Part shown: positions 51,001 to 57,579 of the stretch, piece after piece
How the letters are laid out: each line of letters begins with the position of its first letter
Position numbering within the stretch: the first letter of the stretch is position 1
Assembly: GCA_965231015.1 (NCBI GenBank)
Contig: OZ246408.1
Location: 620,115-684,114 of the forward strand
From: an uncultured Gammaproteobacteria bacterium
GTDB lineage: Bacteria > Patescibacteriota > Patescibacteriia > UBA9934 > CAZDDW01
Direction: 5' to 3'
Length of the DNA: 64,000 bases
Position numbers and translations under genes: made by a program
Notes under the pieces: generated by a model
Databases searched by the model: none
What the model saw: the letters and a program-made list of their open reading frames with translations, nothing else
Told to the model about the DNA's origin: nothing

Positions 51001-52798
51001 CACTATAATCCGCGGCATAAGTCAATCCTTCGAAATTTGCGGCATCACTCGTGATGTAAATCAAATCATCTCGATAATATAAGTCGTGCTGGTTAGCCCC
51101 CTCTAAAGTCAGTCCGGCAAAATCTGTTCCACTAACACCAAACCGTACTTCTCTATTATCCCCAGAATCTATTATTTTAAAATTATCTCCGTTAAATTCC
51201 GTGTAGGGTTCACCAACAAATTCACGAACCACGAATGAAAATCCTTGATGGTTAAGATATGTATTTTGATCCAAATCACCACCAAGATCGATTTCACCGG
51301 ATGTTAAAGTAAGGCCATTTCCAGCTGATGTAATTGCCCCATCAACCGTGCCATAAATTGTTCCGTCAACCTCCAAGTCACCGGCCACCAAAACGTCGTC
51401 AACTCCATCAATATAATCGGCCACTCCACCACCAACATCTAACAATGAAGACGTGGTAGAAGTTGAAATTCCAACCTGATCTTCAGAGCCATCTGTGAAC
51501 AATAAATACTCATCCAAACCACTTTCAATTCTAAAGTCAGTTTGAGTTGAACCTTCATTAATAGTAATTTCTTCATCAGCATACTGAACATCAATCATGT
51601 GACGACCACCGGTCCTAAGTTGCCACCGGTCCGGTGTGAAGTACATGAAAGTGTGTGAATCTTCATTGTGACGGATATAGCCTTCCACCCCAACTTCCCC
51701 ATCTACGTCCAAGGTGTAATCCGGGGCATTATTACCAATTCCTAATCTATCATTGGTATCATCCCAGAAAAAATTAGCGTTGTCTTCAATTAGATCTCCT
51801 GAAGCATTAGCAAAAGTTACTGAACCCTGTGTGTATGAGCCAAGATTTCCCAAAGCAAAACTTTCCCAACCGATGTTAGTACTAGCTCCTGAGGTCTTGA
51901 GATACATGGTTCCGTTGGTGGTGTCGACGGTCAGGTCTCCAATGTCAGCTGTAATAGATCCTTCTGGAGTGGTATCAGCTCGGAAAATTTGCAGATCACC
52001 GGCTGAGTTCTCAATGGTGACAATAGCTGTGTCATTAGCCGAGTTTGAATCCACGTGCAAGGCAGTGGCTGGTGTATCATTACCAATTCCTAGCAAACCT
52101 TCAGAATCCAAACTGAAAATTTCCACGTCATTGTGGTTCAAAACGGAAAGTTGATAATTGTCGGCATCAGTCACCGTGTTAAGAACCTTGAGTTCACGCT
52201 CATCCGCCGCCGCCCCGGTCCAACCTGAACCTTGAAGTACCAACATTGGTGAGTTGTACCCTTGAGTGACCGCAGTAGCAGTACCAAGAGCTTCACCTAC
52301 GAGCTCGTCTGAACCAGAGTCAGCAAACGGCCCCACCCTTCCGGCGTTCATGGAAAACGGATGAGCCGCTAGCAGTACTCGAGGCGAGGCTTCGTTGTCC
52401 GCTTCAATTTTTACCCCCAGGTACAAAGTTTCTTGAAAATCTAAATAGTCAGGGAAGCTTACACAGTTTCCCAGCTGAACATCAAAGTAACCTTGAGTGT
52501 CTGGAGTGACTTCAGCACAAGCTCCTACACCCTGGTCATAGGTTTCACTCCAGAGCAATGGTCCGGTTTCACTAGCCACGTCAGTTGGAGCTCCGTTGGT
52601 TGCATGGTTGTAGATTGAAAACTGAATGGTGGTTGAAGCTACTACTGGGTTTCCCAAAATGTCTCGGAGGCGAGACTGGTAATTGACCACGTCCGGGGCG
52701 GCCTGAGCCTGAGACCCAGAAAGACCAAAATTAACGCATGTCAACAACAATGCGACTAAAACACCGGTTCTTTTTAGCCAAATTCTCCCGTCAAGCAT
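42098..52798 (-). CDS. Giant secreted repeat protein (3566 aa) with tail-fibre-like repeats and a C-terminal intramolecular chaperone (Peptidase S74) domain
   Basis: Signal peptide MLDGRIWLKRTGVLVALLLTCVNFGLSGSQAQA. It has at least 6 ~230-aa repeats (LLNAPGEIFSSTGTIGS...HALNAVGTYAAGIGAGAGGTLDQAYDFGGAGAGR) and LGIGTNTP...LDV beta-helix-like motifs. An S74 domain (SDERLKRDITATELSIEDL...YHGVIAQQVEDIYPIAV...VDYKSFIPL) lies near 42850-43190, followed by a ~330-aa tail ending in a poly-Glu stretch. Confidence 0.8.
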   Translation of the reverse strand: MLDGRIWLKRTGVLVALLLTCVNFGLSGSQAQAAPDVVNYQSRLRDILGNPVVASTTIQFSIYNHATNGAPTDVASETGPLLWSETYDQGVGACAEVTPDTQGYFDVQLGNCVSFPDYLDFQETLYLGVKIEADNEASPRVLLAAHPFSMNAGRVGPFADSGSDELVGEALGTATAVTQGYNSPMLVLQGSGWTGAAADERELKVLNTVTDADNYQLSVLNHNDVEIFSLDSEGLLGIGNDTPATALHVDSNSANDTAIVTIENSAGDLQIFRADTTPEGSITADIGDLTVDTTNGTMYLKTSGASTNIGWESFALGNLGSYTQGSVTFANASGDLIEDNANFFWDDTNDRLGIGNNAPDYTLDVDGEVGVEGYIRHNEDSHTFMYFTPDRWQLRTGGRHMIDVQYADEEITINEGSTQTDFRIESGLDEYLLFTDGSEDQVGISTSTTSSLLDVGGGVADYIDGVDDVLVAGDLEVDGTIYGTVDGAITSAGNGLTLTSGEIDLGGDLDQNTYLNHQGFSFVVREFVGEPYTEFNGDNFKIIDSGDNREVRFGVSGTDFAGLTLEGANQHDLYYRDDLIYITSDAANFEGLTYAADYSADYTNRSLVDKEYVDNASINIFNSDGSLSEDRTFDLNGNYFIIENTGMMVEIGEDEWIQSMNTGIYFSELNQDSGGVFYTAENSATGEIMNTWMRTNDLSFERSDDNNLTSTSLDVSPENISITSDVVGFEGAVYAADYSSNYTNRSLVDKEYVDSLGGGGGTLDQSYDTGGAGVGRSIIADSGPVYISDAGQAETATFSDSLLKLNSGLGTTTFTDFPATLVVNSEPAVGEFAFGVTIMGNERTLGLTSSYELLTEAVTLSGNTITFSTNLRSLNITESASTTFLVSGSAAHDGMYQLVSLDPSGTVATVQTVIGGNPGFPAESVSADVLEGSVTFGNPMAERALEVTHGKDFTDAALKIRNYSQGSSLLATHNNTAATDPAVQITNNASGASGLHFSGSSVYSTTFEDITSNYYVMGDSNDMGTTSTGGLLADPYGVSPAFSAVGYGVVGYYNYVGAATAGNNLAGSVNYSGNANHLTGSPTRWAVVGAFETDEDGNVEVRSLAQIEPGGGTDDAEAVLESSHEDNGGDSVVHIEAHKRGAGNSGDAYIELEAAVDDTGTMDSWISFRDENDQLTFTQYGSSLGDDLLNAPGEVFSSTGTIGSSIGVGETSDSLVHALNAVGSYAAGIGAGGGGTLDQAYDFGGAGNGRTITADSGTIQFITPNNSNHSVLTITQNDATNDPSALTISNAGDGAAIEFTGVGGHSLLTDLTSNWIAIADDVTVADINAGFMIDPYGNNPVYTGLNQGAVGFGNYIGADEASQDRSLSFMQAMNDFPNDSPTRSVYLYLWETDAEGGQDVRAQLVAEVAETGDNDAVVEIKSINEDLGHHAYTSLGSYIDNVAANGNAYTAIQARVLNGTGDGFISFTDTRDDLAFTQDSAFFGDDLLNAAGEIFEATGTIGSVSGETSDSLVHALNAVGTYAAGLGAGAGGTLDQAYDFGGAGAGRLITADSGAVQITVPDNSNTAALSITQNDTTNYPGGIDFGSGYAAITNDLSSGWSIVGNGAQFSDLTSGLFIDPYGNDPSLGGSEGFSGIMNFIGAATAGVPTQQIVLNNSDDDFGGTITRYSRIILNETDVTGDVSIDFDARTTSAATGDSDMTFNVVSATNTGDAEFLVGASKTTGTSGESTILLQANNSIADDSTITLSASAGGTSTIQLLSPDGDVYFVDERENNLYLTQDSVALGGDLLNAPGEIYSSSGTIGSSFSESSLSLIHAINAVGTYAAGIGAGAGGTLDMAYDFGGSGAGRIITADSDEVQIIVPDGSGNVGLEIVQNDTTVESSVLQLTNNTDSGASIEFSGTGPQVLEADLTTNFFMMSDGPDLGTTTGGLIYDPYGNESYFAAGDMGIAGIYNFTGAVTSGRETQGSAIYASNQNFFTGTPTRSATIAALENAGSDNDVEAQFYSEIADGGGSSDAVSHVRSRNSDDGGDAQTWIEADKEGVGYVGNAYITISATTDLDPNQRSWIEFEDDNESLNFTQYNSALGDDLLNSAGEIFSSTGTLGSVIGGGGETSTSIVHALNSLGNYVVNFGGAGGGTLDASYDTGGAGAGRSITADSGAVEITVPDTSNNAALTINQNDVTNNPPAIDFGSGLAYMNNSYSGGGYSVLGDGVDFTTLTGGLIIDPYSNEGSLGGNTGLVGLFNFIDPDDIGIDTQVVAMHTGDDMLMSGNRYAQFLVQDNGDGNEVQGIYRGVTSNSTNGDTDFQVYLQNTNTNGDSIAQFNISNNPSTNGDARFYVHATAGNGNSEVDFEVDSVNNGGALITLNADSSGGGGLIHFRDNQEPSLYFTQTGSALGDDLLNDAGEIFADDGSIGSTIGAGGETSTSIVHALNALGTYTASLGAGSSYWSKTGTDLSPTNPGDDLLLNTGETLSIADMTTGSMPFIGSSGLLSQDNTNLFWDDGNNRLGIGTNTPGVELDVSGDIRVTDWIYFNDGGSSVSSIQYDNVGNYIEIGNAAHNTKILADSNGVADFGDGYFSFYATTRHSFATDNGVGVPTERLRITDNTGYIGIGDPSPSAMLDVGGGVVNFIDGTDDLLVADDLEVDGTIYGTLSGSLDSSFTTGSVMFADASGDLDEDNANLFWDDTNKYLGIGTNSPSEMLAVRGTDTSNYAVSITHIGDASTNNAASLRVTAGGGAGALYLYRNEDAATTDDALFELYEDGASDQNVMYLTNDGTGNALLIDQIGDVGFATSSSGALFVRNDAPGIGLNVYSRRAAVDADGPLVSFTEDDGSDQDVLKIQNDGTGNAIEIDQNGAGGVLSADQDSNINMISLTNNGTGSVFDARRGTAATASAFASFRDTNSSATANLLELNTQSSGFALYVSAGESYFLEDVGIGDDSPAALLDVGGGVASNIDGTSDLLVADDIEADGNITLDEYLYYNNATTEYLRHDTTTFILSDDLLPSADDTFDLGSSTVRWQDLYLGPATLHIGADGDETAVTFDTTNDLLTFQNSTDSTNGFQFLDADGGTSILNIDTTNERVGIGTDSPSTKFQVVGQVRASSFANANGTAGSPSYRFNDDSNTGMYRISADTLGFSTSGSEVMRLSSSGIVGIGDTDPTNGGLVVASGVTIGVDSGDNLIDDETHGTGSATLYIGQNTIDTTAPSDERLKRDITATELSIEDLMAVEIVDFRYRSAFTDDDETFYHGVIAQQVEDIYPIAVTTRSDGYKMVDYKSFIPLVMKSIQDQQGVIETIQNSMNDIQETESVEQGSGSTLVMSGEVDNLVVKKHTTFNGDTVGLARILKYETNVQVEFEEEYQYQPIVTATLMNYLHEDIDYIIKDVTLTGFNIEIDKMYGESVEFSWHAFGSNNAKLFISDGTTEEIELVIDQGECGVDNLNACDTLDECKQLTNYYWDGQCHINDPVEGMVDPDEQIDEEPEEEEPVEEEEEVVEEEPVIDEEIAEGEEEEEEVVEEVEDDEPMTEEEVEEDVGTQHVDPDQEETVVEEEPAQPEEAPVEESDTLIEE

Positions 52799-52840
52799 GG
52801 GGTCTTTTTATTTCTTATATTTTAGCAAATTATAAAGTTA

Positions 52841-52864
52841 ATATCCACAGGAAACTGTGGATAT
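52841..52864. repeat. Perfect 10-bp-arm inverted repeat ATATCCACAG-GAAA-CTGTGGATAT upstream of the giant gene
   Basis: It lies between the 52896 stop and the 52798 start. The arms resemble a TTATCCACA-like box, suggesting an operator or an attenuator hairpin. Confidence 0.35.
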
Positions 52865-52895
52865 TTTGGGTACTTTTTTTTACTCTTAAATGCGC

Positions 52896-53897
52896 TTAAT
52901 TAACTAAACGCCACCCCTCATCAGTATAAACCACATAAAACACTTGACTCATTCCATCATCCGTCACAATAATTTCCACCACATTGTCAAACTCAATTGG
53001 GTATAACTCATTTTGCCAAGTACTCAAGACTTTAACGCTAGAAATTCCTAATTCTTGATCCACCAAATCATCTAACCCAAAAATACTTTCTTTGCTTTCA
53101 TGATCTTTGACATGTTGTGTCTCATCAACCTCGGCTTTTAGATCATCATATACATACTGATAATTGTCTTTATACAATCCTCGGGCTTCATTATTAACCA
53201 CGTTAATCAGAAGGTTGTACATCTCATAATTAAAATATATTGTCTGGTTGGCTTCGTCCTGAATTTCATACCGCAAGGATCGGATCAGTTTTGGATGTGT
53301 AAGCTTGATTCCGTTGGTTTTATCAATCGATGGAAAAGTATAGCCACCGCTATTTGACGTGTGAACCGAAACTTTGCCCACGGTCAAATCCACTCCTTCC
53401 ACACCGGACTCGGTTAACGGATCAATCACTGTGCCGCTCACGGTTGTTATGACCGGCTCAGTAGTATCAAACCAGTCCTCAAAAACCGCACTGTCTTTAT
53501 TGATGTAAACCCCAACCACTAAAGCAATCGCTACCGCGATTACAGAGAGCAAGATGGCTCCTTTGGTATAGCGCATGTTCTTTTTATCTGTTTCAGATTT
53601 ATCAGCTTTTTTAGCTAAACGAATTGAGTTCCAACCCAAGACACAAATCAAGGCAAAAAGCACTAAAATAAGCGCATTAAAGAAGGGCGGAACAACACTT
53701 TGCACCTGTTCAATAACCCCAGGCTCATCCTGCAACACAAAAAAGGCCACGTCTTGTTCCCTACCATCTGACGTTTGCAACACGGCAGTGTGTACCCCTG
53801 GTTCTAAATTATTCAAAATTTCCGTACTCCAATTACCATACTCGTCAGTTTTGATATCGAGCTCAAGCGGCTCGTTCAAGGTTCCTTCTGTGGCCAT
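52896..53897 (-). CDS. Bitopic membrane protein with Cna-B/CarboxypepD_reg-like extracellular domain (333 aa)
   Basis: Two TM helices, VPPFFNALILVLFALICVLGW and AILLSVIAVAIALVVGVYI, then TVSGTVIDPLTESGVEGVDLTVGKVSVHTSNSGGYTFPSI. The ATG is 1 nt after the upstream gene's TAA. Confidence 0.5.
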   Translation of the reverse strand: MATEGTLNEPLELDIKTDEYGNWSTEILNNLEPGVHTAVLQTSDGREQDVAFFVLQDEPGVIEQVQSVVPPFFNALILVLFALICVLGWNSIRLAKKADKSETDKKNMRYTKGAILLSVIAVAIALVVGVYINKDSAVFEDWFDTTEPVITTVSGTVIDPLTESGVEGVDLTVGKVSVHTSNSGGYTFPSIDKTNGIKLTHPKLIRSLRYEIQDEANQTIYFNYEMYNLLINVVNNEARGLYKDNYQYVYDDLKAEVDETQHVKDHESKESIFGLDDLVDQELGISSVKVLSTWQNELYPIEFDNVVEIIVTDDGMSQVFYVVYTDEGWRLVN

Positions 53898-53898
53898 A

Positions 53899-56502
53899 TT
53901 AATAAATGATAAGTCTTAGCGACTGTAGTGGATCAGCCTTGCCAAAAAACTGAATCGACTCTTCAGTTCTGCGAATTTCAATAAACTGTAGGCTGGATTC
54001 CGCTTCCACGTACTGGGTGACCGGTGCCACACTTTCGTAAACGGTTTCCGTGACCGTTTCGGTAACTGTCTCGGTTATCGGCACTTCCCGCATCACCTCC
54101 TCGGTTTCAGTGATAACTTCTGGAGTACACACTAATCCCTCACCAGCTCCATAAACTGGAACCATTAACACTTCTGGGCCAATAGCCACTCGGCCACGAG
54201 CGGTAGTTATTGGTCGGAAATGGTAAACCGTACCCATGGCTAATCCGTCAATGACCACGGCATGATAAGTGCTGTCGTCATTGGTTTCTGGGGTTGAAAG
54301 CGGATAACCGTAATTTGGTTCAGCACCAAGCGACGTGTGCGACACGTCATCGTACAGCACCCGACCGGTACCAGCCATATTACTCAACCAGCTGACCAAT
54401 ACGGAATCACTGTCAATTTGAGTAGCTTCCACGGTGGTGATATTAATTGATGGCACCTGGGTCTCAATTCCACCTCCCCCACCTTCACAAACCGCACGCG
54501 TACCCTCGGCTTCATACTCACAACTCGAGTCACAACCGTCTCCATCATTTGTATTCCCATCATCACAATCTTCATTTAGCTCAACAAGATAGTTTCCACA
54601 AATCTCTTCAGAAAGACAGTTTGAACTACAACCGTCCCCACTTACCGTGTTTCCATCATCACATACCTCGTTTCCTTCGATTACTCCATTACCACACAAC
54701 TGTCCTACACCACCACCGACTGTCAATGAATAAACGTCCCGTTCCATTAAATTACCACCGGCATCAGCGGCATATATTATGACTGGAACCGCTTCTCCGG
54801 CAGTAAAATCAATTTCCGGGTCAATTGAAAATTGATAAATGTTTGGTGCGGAAACATTGGTGACCACTGTGGTATCACCAACATAATTACCTCCGTTAAA
54901 ATCAAGACTGCTCGCATATGTGATTCGGGTTCCGCTTACGGTCACTTGTCCGGCTCCCCCACCGTTTGTGTAATAGGTTCCGTTGACATAAATCACCACC
55001 TCATCAAGATCAACCCCAACCCCATCATCATTCAGATTAAACTCGACCGTACCATCAGCCACAATTCCGGCGTCATCAGCCGGGTTTCGCGTGTCCACGT
55101 ACGGAGCATCTGAGTCAGTGGTGGTAAAAGTATAGTTGTCAGCCACCATTACGTTGCCGGCTACATCTTCACAATTGTAAACACTCACGGAAACGGTTTC
55201 GTTTTGGGCAAAATCACTGGCCGGGTTAATAGTGATCTGGTAGCCATAGTCAACCGCGGTCACGGTCAAATCACCATGACCCTCCTGGTACGTGGTCAAA
55301 GCAAAACTTGGGCTGGAAACATCAATATCACAAGTATTTGAAACCACCCCGGTTCCAGAAATGTTTCCCGGATAATTTTTCAAATCTTGAACCGTGATAA
55401 CAAGATTGGTATCAACCGCGTTGCCTGAACTTCCCCGAACAGGTGACTCAGATGTCACTTCCGGGGGAACATCATCTTCTTCAGTGGTAAAGGTCCAGGT
55501 TTTAGTATCCATGGTGTTTGGACCATTGGCGTCACCCAGCTGATCTTGGCTAGAACTAGCTAAATCTTGGTATCCGCTAACTTCTACCGTATACGAGGTA
55601 TCGTATTCCCAATTACGATTATCTCCGGCAATACCGCTTGGCGAAGCCGGATCAACTGTTACATCACATTCATTGGTGCCAAAAATTCCGGAACAAGCAT
55701 AACTGGCGTCCCCGGTATGATCTGCCGCGCCTCCCCCGTCATCAAAAGTAATACTGCCCGGTGGAACAGACATATCCACACCGGTACCGGCTCCGGAGTC
55801 ATCCCCTTCACCATTCAAACTATCCCACAACTCAAAGTAATAATCCTCATCAATGTCTACATCAACCGAACCTGTAGACGGGCTCTCATCCTGTGCATAC
55901 GGTTTGATCGTGTCTGCCCAAACGTGAAAATCAAAATCTTCTTCCGAATCCATGTATTCCAGGCCATCACGAGCTATATTAGTGTCGGTCGGTACTCCGT
56001 TCGTGTAATCAATATCAAGAGCAGTCGCATTGTAACCGTAAGCCGCGGCAGTTGGCTCTAACATGGTCCAGGTAACTCGACCGTATTGGCGAGTACCACT
56101 ATAATATGTTCCTGGATTATTGTACGCACTAAATTCCAAATGACCAGCCACGTTATCAATCGATTCACCAACCCAGTTTTGGTAAGCCGTCAGAGTAGTC
56201 AAACCCGAAGCACTAACTTTGTCCGGATCGTAGTCAAGTAAAAAATCAGCTCCGTTGGAGGGGTTGGCCGCATCAATAGCAACGTCGATCCGGGTATTGA
56301 AAGACTGTCCAACGTAATAATAATTGAGATCAGCATCAAGTCCGGTTCCTCCATCTCCGGTGTTATCCGAGCCTGTCTGAGTCAAAGTGTACATCTGAAA
56401 CCAGTTGGTACCGCTTGGGTCAGCTGCGGAAACCGGGGCAGCAAAAAGAAAAACAAAAATCAAGAAATAAAGAAATAAAGAAATCTTAAAATGTTCTCGC
56501 AT
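53899..56502 (-). CDS. Secreted 867-aa protein with Myxococcus-type cysteine-rich repeats (CxxxxxxxxCDDGNxxxGDGC)
   Basis: Signal peptide MREHFKISLFLYFLIFVFLFAAPVSAA. Two repeats, CGNGVIEGNEVCDDGNTVSGDGCSSNC and CGNYLVELNEDCDDGNTNDGDGCDSSC, match the TIGR02232-like motif. A long Gly/Thr/Asp-rich beta region and a C-terminal TETVTETVTE stretch follow. Confidence 0.65.
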   Translation of the reverse strand: MREHFKISLFLYFLIFVFLFAAPVSAADPSGTNWFQMYTLTQTGSDNTGDGGTGLDADLNYYYVGQSFNTRIDVAIDAANPSNGADFLLDYDPDKVSASGLTTLTAYQNWVGESIDNVAGHLEFSAYNNPGTYYSGTRQYGRVTWTMLEPTAAAYGYNATALDIDYTNGVPTDTNIARDGLEYMDSEEDFDFHVWADTIKPYAQDESPSTGSVDVDIDEDYYFELWDSLNGEGDDSGAGTGVDMSVPPGSITFDDGGGAADHTGDASYACSGIFGTNECDVTVDPASPSGIAGDNRNWEYDTSYTVEVSGYQDLASSSQDQLGDANGPNTMDTKTWTFTTEEDDVPPEVTSESPVRGSSGNAVDTNLVITVQDLKNYPGNISGTGVVSNTCDIDVSSPSFALTTYQEGHGDLTVTAVDYGYQITINPASDFAQNETVSVSVYNCEDVAGNVMVADNYTFTTTDSDAPYVDTRNPADDAGIVADGTVEFNLNDDGVGVDLDEVVIYVNGTYYTNGGGAGQVTVSGTRITYASSLDFNGGNYVGDTTVVTNVSAPNIYQFSIDPEIDFTAGEAVPVIIYAADAGGNLMERDVYSLTVGGGVGQLCGNGVIEGNEVCDDGNTVSGDGCSSNCLSEEICGNYLVELNEDCDDGNTNDGDGCDSSCEYEAEGTRAVCEGGGGGIETQVPSINITTVEATQIDSDSVLVSWLSNMAGTGRVLYDDVSHTSLGAEPNYGYPLSTPETNDDSTYHAVVIDGLAMGTVYHFRPITTARGRVAIGPEVLMVPVYGAGEGLVCTPEVITETEEVMREVPITETVTETVTETVYESVAPVTQYVEAESSLQFIEIRRTEESIQFFGKADPLQSLRLIIY

Positions 56503-56503
56503 A

Positions 56504-57301
56504 TTAATTGTCCCCTTCCAAATTAAAATTCTTTAAAACTGTAGTCAAGTCTAACGCGTTTACTTTGGTGTCTTGGTTTAAATTAGACCTATACCCGTTC
56601 CCGGTAGCATCACTTTCAGCAAAATCAGTTAAGCACTGCGTAATATCAAGGGCGTTTATTTTATCATCTCCTAAAGTTGCCGGAGCGTCTCCGGCCAAAT
56701 TAATATCCCCAGCAATAAGTTCGATTGCACCTTTGGGAGCAGAATTATCAGTTTGAGAAAAATTTAGTGTTGTGGTTCCGTCTATCAACGGTACATCATC
56801 TAAGACTAAAGTTAAATGTTGATCCGTTTTTATCCCAATATCATACGTCCCGGCAGCCACTGCCAATTCAATCGGAATCGAATACGTACCATCAACTTCA
56901 GATGTAGCCAAGACCGATTGTGTGTACAAAATCACATCATCGGAATTATCCGAAGTTCTGACCGTAAGAATAAAAGTCACATCATCGTTAGTTTCGGCAA
57001 CACCATAACGTAATTCCGGTACCGCCCATTGCACGACGGCAAAAACTGTTCCCACAGCATCATCCCACCAGGTTCCATGGTCATAGATGTAATTGGCACT
57101 GGTCGAGGTTCCAACCCCCGGGTGACCGACCTCAGCCTTGAACTGATAGTTAGTTGAACTACCGTCAAACTCAACCGGACCACCACGCTCCTGATTCATA
57201 TCGTAGTTTGCACTATCCCCGGCCAAAGCTAAAGCCGGTAGCATCATAAGTGCCCCAGTTATCAAAAGAATTCTCCGATTGATTATGGCTCGGATCTTCA
57301 T
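56504..57301 (-). CDS. Secreted protein with dockerin-like Ca-binding repeats (265 aa)
   Basis: Signal peptide MKIRAIINRRILLITGALMMLPALALA. The C-terminus has two ~22-aa segments, GDDKINALDITQCL and NLNQDTKVNALDLTTVL, resembling the type-I dockerin DxNxDxxVNxxD loops. Confidence 0.5.
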   Translation of the reverse strand: MKIRAIINRRILLITGALMMLPALALAGDSANYDMNQERGGPVEFDGSSTNYQFKAEVGHPGVGTSTSANYIYDHGTWWDDAVGTVFAVVQWAVPELRYGVAETNDDVTFILTVRTSDNSDDVILYTQSVLATSEVDGTYSIPIELAVAAGTYDIGIKTDQHLTLVLDDVPLIDGTTTLNFSQTDNSAPKGAIELIAGDINLAGDAPATLGDDKINALDITQCLTDFAESDATGNGYRSNLNQDTKVNALDLTTVLKNFNLEGDN

Positions 57302-57375
57302 GTTTTTATCTGCCCCTTTATTTTACCCTAAAAATACAAAATGTGCTTTGAGTTATGTGGACAGATGAATAAGTC

Positions 57376-57404
57376 TTGATTTTACTCTGATTTTAGAGTA
57401 GTAT
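57376..57404 (+). promoter_or_regulatory. Possible promoter TTGATT-17-TAGTAT for tRNA-Gln
   Basis: TTGATT at 57376-57381, a 17-nt spacer, and TAGTAT at 57399-57404. The tRNA 5' end lies 19 nt downstream. Confidence 0.3.
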
Positions 57405-57422
57405 TGTTGTACCCGAAGACAA

Positions 57423-57496
57423 TCCGAGGTCGTCTAAGGGCAGGACACCAGGTTTTGGTCCTGGGAATCGGGGTTCGAATCCCTGCCTCGGAACCA
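57423..57496 (+). tRNA. tRNA-Gln (anticodon UUG), CCA encoded
   Basis: Manual fold: acceptor TCCGAGG/CCTCGGA; D-arm GTCT-AAGGGCA-GGAC; anticodon arm CCAGG-TTTTGGT-CCTGG with TTG at positions 34-36; T-arm CGGGG-TTCGAAT-CCCTG; discriminator A plus CCA at 57494-57496. Confidence 0.8.
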
Positions 57497-57498
57497 GT

Positions 57499-57526
57499 AA
57501 AACCTCTCACTTTGTGAGGGGTTTTA
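57499..57526 (+). terminator. Intrinsic terminator after tRNA-Gln
   Basis: AAAACCTCTCAC-TTT-GTGAGGGGTTTT: an 8-bp stem with one G-U pair, then a T-tract. Confidence 0.7.
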
Positions 57527-57579
57527 CTAATATTGACAGGAAAAACTCTGACCAGGTCCTCCCTTTCAAGGAAAACATA

